From Alcanivoracaceae bacterium (GTDB taxonomy: Bacteria; Pseudomonadota; Gammaproteobacteria; Pseudomonadales; Alcanivoracaceae), in assembly GCA_040235405.1 (NCBI GenBank), contig JBECKT010000051.1, positions 6,879 through 70,878 of the forward strand: 64,000 nucleotides of DNA. The letters run 5' to 3'. The notes below the pieces were generated by a model. That model saw nothing but the letters and a program-made list of their open reading frames with translations, was not told where the DNA came from and ran no database searches. Shown here one piece after another: positions 47,486 to 53,717 of this stretch (positions within the stretch are counted from its first letter, which is position 1; each line of letters starts with the position of its first letter). The position numbers and the translations under genes are program-made.

Positions 47486-49216
47486 TCAGTACGTCAATAT
47501 CAGGTTGCCGAGAATCGAATAGCGCGAGTCCCGCTCGAACAGGTCGTCAAAACCTTCGCCGGGCAGCAACTGCGCCACCGACAAACGGCCGACAATGTTC
47601 TGGATCGCCAGCGGCCGCCAGATAATGGCAGCGGAAATATCCCAACCGATTTCCCGGTCGATATTGTCCTGCTGGCGTAACACCTCGATCACTTCGGTGC
47701 GATCAAAGGCAAGATGATTGGCGTTGAAACTGAGCCGGGCAGTCGGGGTCAGGTCCAGATCGGCACCAACACCGAGCAACCGCAGTCCCGGATTGGTGAA
47801 GTTGGACTGGCCGTGCTCTTTCGACGAACGCAGGTTCGGCAACAAACCATTACGCGTTGACAGGGTTACCCCGCCGCCGGCAATAAAGGGCACGCCCTGA
47901 CGGATCCAGAAGCTGGTGTCGGCACCGGCAATAATCGGGTTCTCGAACACCGCATCGAAGCCGGTCTCGACTTTATCAAACGGATTGCGATCACCGGAAG
48001 CATGCACACCGGTGGCGCGCAGACGAATCCAGTCAAAATCAATACCCGCTTCAAAGGCAGCAAAGCTGGCGCGCACCTCGGTGGTCTCATCGTTCATGAC
48101 CCCGGGGGCGTTGCGGCCACTGGCGGCGTACAACGACGTGGTCAGATTCAGGCGGCCAAGATGGCCATCACCGTTGTAACCCAGATAGGTGACGTCATAG
48201 CTGCGCGGCACTTCCCGGCCAAGCGAGGCGGGACGGGCAATAAAGCCGTTATCGTCATAGAAGAAACTGTCCTCCCGATTACGGTTATGCAGCAGGCTGA
48301 ACTGGCTGATAAACCCCAGCTTGAGAAAATCCTGCCAGTACAGGTTGGCAACGAAAACATCATCGTCGCGGAAACGGGCGGTAACATCGTTCAGGCCGCT
48401 GTTGGTGTCTTTTTCCAGACGCCGGAACCAGGCCAGGTTGTACTGGAAGATATTGTTGTCCCGGGTGCCGAACAGGCGCACACCGAACGGGCTGTCCTGA
48501 AACAGAAAGCCGCGAAAATCCGCATTGAACGGCTGGATGCCAACGCGAATACTGTCGAAGTCGTATCGGTCGGAGACATTACGGATGTGGTAGTCAACAA
48601 AAGCGCCCTGCACGCCGACATGGCCATCGGTACGGGTATCGCCGTCACGCGGGTCGATATACAGGGCACGGACCTCCTCCACCTCAGTGCGGTTGAAGTT
48701 AAACACCGGGATAAAGCGGAACTCCCAGTCCGGCGGTCGAAACACGGTATCGCCACGTAACCAGACCAGTTCCACCAACAGGTTCTGATTGAAAGTCACC
48801 TGCTCGCCACTGCCGAACACATCAATATCACCGCTGTCGCCGGTGGTCTGGTTGCCTACCGGGGTGGGAATATCACGCAGCTCCAGCACGGTATCGGATA
48901 CTGCGGTCAGCGAGAAGAACCATTCGCCCCGGACCGGCTTGTCACCCTTTAAGACATTACGTTGGTAGGGATTCCACAGGCTGTGGTTGTAACCCGGCAG
49001 GCTATCAACAATGCGCCAGCGATCCGGCACTGCCTGCAACGGCTGATCCTGAAACAGCGGCGCGGCGGGAATGGCATTGTCGTCGCACAGCACTTGCTGA
49101 CGCGCTTCAACCTTTTTGCCCGGCAGACGAATTTGCGGCTGCTGATCCGGCTCAGGACATTCCGCCTGTGCCAGCAGCGGCATCAGCAGCAACATGAAAA
49201 GCGGGAGGCGATGCAT
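47486..49216 (-). CDS. Probable outer-membrane beta-barrel protein
   Basis: Signal peptide MHRLPLFMLLLMPLLAQA. Alternating hydrophobic beta-strand patterning runs throughout, rich in aromatics, Gly, Asn and Asp. The C-terminus ends with an aromatic residue (...GNLILTY). I cannot assign a family with confidence. Confidence 0.6.
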   Translation of the reverse strand: MHRLPLFMLLLMPLLAQAECPEPDQQPQIRLPGKKVEARQQVLCDDNAIPAAPLFQDQPLQAVPDRWRIVDSLPGYNHSLWNPYQRNVLKGDKPVRGEWFFSLTAVSDTVLELRDIPTPVGNQTTGDSGDIDVFGSGEQVTFNQNLLVELVWLRGDTVFRPPDWEFRFIPVFNFNRTEVEEVRALYIDPRDGDTRTDGHVGVQGAFVDYHIRNVSDRYDFDSIRVGIQPFNADFRGFLFQDSPFGVRLFGTRDNNIFQYNLAWFRRLEKDTNSGLNDVTARFRDDDVFVANLYWQDFLKLGFISQFSLLHNRNREDSFFYDDNGFIARPASLGREVPRSYDVTYLGYNGDGHLGRLNLTTSLYAASGRNAPGVMNDETTEVRASFAAFEAGIDFDWIRLRATGVHASGDRNPFDKVETGFDAVFENPIIAGADTSFWIRQGVPFIAGGGVTLSTRNGLLPNLRSSKEHGQSNFTNPGLRLLGVGADLDLTPTARLSFNANHLAFDRTEVIEVLRQQDNIDREIGWDISAAIIWRPLAIQNIVGRLSVAQLLPGEGFDDLFERDSRYSILGNLILTY

Positions 49217-51147
49217 TATTTGCCTCCGCAGGGTGTCTGTTCATTGCTGTCGAGAAACGGTGCCTGCGGACACTGCACATAACGCAGCCGGGTGCCGTGC
49301 GGGGCCAGCTGGTCGGCGCGCATCATTACCGGCGCATTGTTGATGCTGCCAAGCAGCTCACCGGCCTGATGCACGGACAGAAACGAAATCATGTCATCCT
49401 GATCAATGCCGTCACCGGATACCCCAATGGCACCGACCAGTGTGCTGCCACGGTAGATCGGCACACTGCCGGGGAAAATCTGGGTGCCATTCGCCACCGG
49501 GTCGACATTGCCAGCGGATGTCACACGACTGATGGCGCTGCACCCCTCGGCGACATCAACACCACTCAGGCCGGCGGCAAAAGCAACATGACCAATAAGC
49601 TGGTTATAGACCAGATCCAGCTGCAGGCCGGTGGAGAACGGACTCCACTGCCCTTCCGGTTTCGATAAAGGTCCGGGCGGCGCACTGCGCAGACCATCCG
49701 GGAAATACGGCCGCGACAGATTACCGCCGGCGCGATCACTAAAAGCGTAGGCGCCATCGGCAAGCGCTGAAGGCAGATCCAGAAAGGTGCGTAGCGCATC
49801 AACGTAATCACCGATATCAACACTGGTTGCCACGGTCGGCGCACCAGCGACCAGTACCGGGCCAAGATAATCCGCCGTCGGCAGCGCCTGTAACTCTGCG
49901 GCCGCCTGCGTGCCTGAATAAAATGCAGCAGTACGCGCCTTCTGCAACGACACATCAGTACCGAACAGTGGCGCATCGCGGGTCCGCACCAGCCCCAGCA
50001 CCACACCATTACGATCCACCACACTGATGCTGACCCGTGCCTGACTTCCAAGTGGCCGACGAATCTGGGCCCGGGCGCGACTGGCAATCAACAGCGCCTG
50101 ATCCAGCACTGCAGTGACTTCAGTCTGGGTCAGCGCACCGGGGCCATCACTGGCGGCGACTGGCGGGAAGCGCGGCGTGTCGGTGGCATCTACCAACACG
50201 AAGGCATCGCGGCCGGGGAAAAAGTTTTCGGTATCGGCACGAATACCGGAACCGCTTTGGGTAAATGTCTGACCGGCGATAATGCCGCCACCGGCATTGA
50301 AGTAACCCGGCACACTAACCAGCGCACCGGTCAGACTGGCAAACGCCGGCACCGGCAGAGACCGGGTCTGCACCATCGCCACGCTCATATCGCTGTAACG
50401 CAGCTGCTTGCCTTCAACGGTGATGCGTTCGGCACGACGGTCCGCCGGCGCCAGCAAACCGCGACTACCAGCCAGCGCCACCACTTCATCCAGTGACTGA
50501 TCGCGATCAAACAGACTGTCATCGAAACTGTAGCGATCATCCACCACTACACCGATACCGCCGATAACGGTGCCATCGCGATACAGCGGGAAGCCGCCCG
50601 GATCAGCGGACAACCCCAGCGGAGCATGCTTGGGGCCGTGGCTGCCATCGGTCACACGCACCGTCAGATCGGAACAGGCCAGCTGGGAGAACTGCACGCC
50701 AAACAGGGGCCCGGCCGGCTGATTGCGCTCGCCCGGATTGAAATGCTCCTGCACGATCTGGCTGGCGGTGCGTGAACTGAAGGCATTGCCCTCGCTGGAC
50801 AGATAAGCGCCGGTGACCGCCTTGCTGATCGCTGCCAAGGTGGCCGGAATAAAGCTGATATTTTCCAGACCGCCGCTGACCGGATAGGGCGATGCAATAG
50901 TTACCGCATCAACTGCGCCAACCATCTGATACACGGCCAGAATATTGCCAACCCGGTCAGACACGGCAATGGTAGCCGCGACGCCACGCTGATCCGCCTC
51001 CAGTGCAGCCGCTGCAATAATGCTTTCGACATCCGCAGCGGAGAGAAAGCTGGCCGGGCTGACACAGCTGCCATCACAGCCGCCATTCGATAACGAATCG
51101 CCGCCACAACCGGCCAGCAGCAGACACAGCCCGATCAGCCGTTTCAC
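49216..51147 (-). CDS. Lipoprotein with two tandem GlcG/HbpS-like (DUF336, haem-binding/haem-degrading superfamily) domains
   Basis: Lipobox LLLAGC after a GTG start. Domain 1: ATIAVSDRVGNILAV...GGFPLYRDGTVIGGIGVVVD. Domain 2: SISVVDRNGVVLGL...LQKARTAAFYS...GSVPIYRGSTLVGAIGVSGDGIDQDD. Compare E. coli GlcG: GGVPVVVDGQIIGAVGVSG. Confidence 0.7.
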   Translation of the reverse strand: MKRLIGLCLLLAGCGGDSLSNGGCDGSCVSPASFLSAADVESIIAAAALEADQRGVAATIAVSDRVGNILAVYQMVGAVDAVTIASPYPVSGGLENISFIPATLAAISKAVTGAYLSSEGNAFSSRTASQIVQEHFNPGERNQPAGPLFGVQFSQLACSDLTVRVTDGSHGPKHAPLGLSADPGGFPLYRDGTVIGGIGVVVDDRYSFDDSLFDRDQSLDEVVALAGSRGLLAPADRRAERITVEGKQLRYSDMSVAMVQTRSLPVPAFASLTGALVSVPGYFNAGGGIIAGQTFTQSGSGIRADTENFFPGRDAFVLVDATDTPRFPPVAASDGPGALTQTEVTAVLDQALLIASRARAQIRRPLGSQARVSISVVDRNGVVLGLVRTRDAPLFGTDVSLQKARTAAFYSGTQAAAELQALPTADYLGPVLVAGAPTVATSVDIGDYVDALRTFLDLPSALADGAYAFSDRAGGNLSRPYFPDGLRSAPPGPLSKPEGQWSPFSTGLQLDLVYNQLIGHVAFAAGLSGVDVAEGCSAISRVTSAGNVDPVANGTQIFPGSVPIYRGSTLVGAIGVSGDGIDQDDMISFLSVHQAGELLGSINNAPVMMRADQLAPHGTRLRYVQCPQAPFLDSNEQTPCGGK

Positions 51148-52820
51148 GGCATCACCTCGGGCAGGTCGGCATGATCCAGTTCAAACTGGTGATAGTTGTG
51201 ACAGCTGATGCAACCGGAAAGCAGCCCCTGCTTCTGCTGCTGGCCGACATGACATTCCTGACAGACGGCAATGTCCGGCATCAACACATCTGCAGTCTCC
51301 ATGGACTCGTTGGCGGCATGGCAGTCGGCGCATTCGGTTTGGGTGTGACGAACATGGGGAAATTCGCCGGAGACAAACCAGTTTTCATTCAGCCGTACCG
51401 GTTTGACAAACCACTGGGGCGGCTGCTCGCTGACCCTGTCCACTTCATGACAGCTGACACAGGCACGGCGCTCGAACATATCCTCTGCCACCGCCTGACT
51501 CTTTTTTTCCACCCAGGCGACGCCTTCGCGCTGCAACTGGCTGAGGTTATCGCGCTGGCCCGGTCTTAATGCCCGGATATCACCGGCGTCAGCGCGGTCC
51601 TGGATAAAGCGGCTGCTGTAGTACTCACGCAGATTAGCCAGCACCTGATCCGGCTTACCATGCGGCACGACCCGATTCGGATCGACTGGATCAAACGCCA
51701 GGCCATGGCAGCGGGCACAGTGTTGCTCCATCTTCACCGGCGCCATGTTAATGCCGTCCAGTGCCATCTCATGGCAACTGTCGCAACTCAGCACTTCCCA
51801 GTCGCCGTCATTATTCTTGATGCCTTCGACATCCAGATGCCCGGCGTGATCAAATTTCAGGTTGCTGTTATCGTGCAGGGATTCATCTACCGTCAGCCGC
51901 GGGCTCTGCAACCACTCGCGACTATCGTCCTGCCACTGCAGCATGCTCAGGCGGAACGCTGGATGATCGGCATGGAAGTCCGTTGCCTTGCCGACCTGTG
52001 GCTCACTGCCCATGCGCTGGTCAAGGCTGGCATGGCAATCGGCACAGAAGCGCTGATCCTCAAACACCATGCGCTGCTCGCCGTTATGTTCATGATGACA
52101 AGAGGCACAGCGCTCGCCATCAAACAGACCGGCATCCGGATGCCCTGCCGGCACATGCAAAGCGGTTTCTTCATGACAGGCAACGCAGGTATCGTTGCTG
52201 ACTTTCTCAAACGGTTTGGTGTGACAGGCCTGACAATCCTTGCCAATGGTGCTGTGCACCGAATGCAACTCGCCACTCAACCACAGGCTGTCATCCGGCA
52301 ACGGCGTATTACGCAGCACATTCTGAAATTCCGGCTTTAGCGTCACCAGTGCCGGCAACAACAGCGCTGCAACCAGCAACACAAGGAACAGCGCCCAGGC
52401 CCAGCGACGCGGACGCCAGAGCGTCAATGCATCCAGCCGGGTAACAAACTTCGCCGGATCAATCGACGGCGCTTCCTGTTGCTCCAGCACCTCCAGACTG
52501 AGCGCCAGATCAACACCGTCCGGCGCGGCAATCACGATCAGGCGATAGTCACCGATCAGGATCTGGTCACCGGTATTCAGCACCGCCATCTTGCAGCTGC
52601 GACCATTTACCGTGATGCCGGTACTGGCCAGCGCACGAATCCGGAACTGACCGGCACTCAGGGAGATTTCCGCGTGCTGGTAGGCAACCCGGTCGCCGGG
52701 CAACAACAATTCCTGATCGGTACCACGACCTATGCTGAGCTGATCAACCGCCAGCTCTTCATCCTTGTAGCTTCGATTCTGACCGCTGCCAGCGCCGAGA
52801 CGGCGTATCAATACATACAT
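51144..52820 (-). CDS. FHA domain - single TM helix - periplasmic decahaem c-type cytochrome
   Basis: N-terminal FHA-like LSIGRGTDQELLLPGDRVAYQHAEI...ITVNGRSCKMAVLNTGDQILIGDYRLIV. TM helix RRWAWALFLVLLVAALLLPALV (positive-inside). Ten CxxCH motifs: CQACH, CVACH, CASCH, CADCH, CDSCH, CARCH, CVSCH, CADCH, CQECH, CISCH. The start is ATG 52820 or TTG 52850. Confidence 0.8.
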   Translation of the reverse strand: MYVLIRRLGAGSGQNRSYKDEELAVDQLSIGRGTDQELLLPGDRVAYQHAEISLSAGQFRIRALASTGITVNGRSCKMAVLNTGDQILIGDYRLIVIAAPDGVDLALSLEVLEQQEAPSIDPAKFVTRLDALTLWRPRRWAWALFLVLLVAALLLPALVTLKPEFQNVLRNTPLPDDSLWLSGELHSVHSTIGKDCQACHTKPFEKVSNDTCVACHEETALHVPAGHPDAGLFDGERCASCHHEHNGEQRMVFEDQRFCADCHASLDQRMGSEPQVGKATDFHADHPAFRLSMLQWQDDSREWLQSPRLTVDESLHDNSNLKFDHAGHLDVEGIKNNDGDWEVLSCDSCHEMALDGINMAPVKMEQHCARCHGLAFDPVDPNRVVPHGKPDQVLANLREYYSSRFIQDRADAGDIRALRPGQRDNLSQLQREGVAWVEKKSQAVAEDMFERRACVSCHEVDRVSEQPPQWFVKPVRLNENWFVSGEFPHVRHTQTECADCHAANESMETADVLMPDIAVCQECHVGQQQKQGLLSGCISCHNYHQFELDHADLPEVMP

Positions 52821-52824
52821 GGCA

Positions 52825-53715
52825 TCACCAGTAGAAGAACACGCTGACAATATGCGCCGTCAGCGTTGCCAGCAGTGCCAGCGTCAGCGGGATATGGCAG
52901 TACAACCAGATCTCCATCAGCCCCTGCAGACGGATATCTTTAAGTAACTGTTTCACCAGTCTGGCTTTACGCGAGACCAGATCGATCAGCTCCTGCAGCA
53001 GCGCCGCTTCCTTGGGATCCGTGCTGCGTGACAGCAACCCGGTCAACTCATCCAGTAAGCGTTGCTGGTGCGAATTACTGACCCGCTTCCAGCTCTTCTG
53101 CTTTTTCCTGACCTCGCTGATCATCATTCGCGAACGGTCACGCCCACCGAGTTGCTGCCAGACGCCACCGCCAACCTGAAACAATTGAATGGCGGAAATC
53201 ACCATCCGGTCTGCCGGTGAGCCGAGACCTTCAACAATCAGACTGGCCTTGCGATCAATATCGGCAATCTCGCGGAAGATCAGATCGCGAGTCATGCCAT
53301 CACGGTTGCGGGTAATACGATTCGGGTAACGCCAGTACACCCAGCCACCATAAAAGCCGCTGACGATAACCAGCACCATCAACAGCCAGGCCAGTGTGTG
53401 AATGTTCAAACCAAACTGAAAGCCGCTATGCAGCGTGCCCACCACCAGCAGTGAACCGCCCAGGTAAACGTGCGCAGACAACCAACCCTTGACGCTGCCG
53501 ATACGTGAGTAATAGGCGCGCTTGCGCACCCCGAACAGGGTCAGCCAGACAATCAGCAATGCGGCAATAGTGCCAAGGGTATAACCCAGCCAGGTACCGC
53601 CATTAGGCAACCCGATCGGTTCGTGCCAGACGTAGGCAACAACACTGGCCAGTACCAGCACCAGCGCAAACCAGAACCAGAAGCCGCCACGGTGAGAGAG
53701 GAAAGAGCCGTGCAT
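52825..53715 (-). CDS. Five-TM membrane protein with two H-x13-H pairs (candidate di-haem cytochrome b)
   Basis: The ATG at 53715 lies 7 nt after GGGAGGA. TM3 is AHVYLGGSLLVVGTLH (His codons at 53470-53472 and 53428-53430). TM5 is CHIPLTLALLATLTAH (His codons at 52894-52896 and 52852-52854). A ~130-aa soluble helical loop lies between TM4 and TM5. Confidence 0.6.
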   Translation of the reverse strand: MHGSFLSHRGGFWFWFALVLVLASVVAYVWHEPIGLPNGGTWLGYTLGTIAALLIVWLTLFGVRKRAYYSRIGSVKGWLSAHVYLGGSLLVVGTLHSGFQFGLNIHTLAWLLMVLVIVSGFYGGWVYWRYPNRITRNRDGMTRDLIFREIADIDRKASLIVEGLGSPADRMVISAIQLFQVGGGVWQQLGGRDRSRMMISEVRKKQKSWKRVSNSHQQRLLDELTGLLSRSTDPKEAALLQELIDLVSRKARLVKQLLKDIRLQGLMEIWLYCHIPLTLALLATLTAHIVSVFFYW

Positions 53716-53717
53716 GC

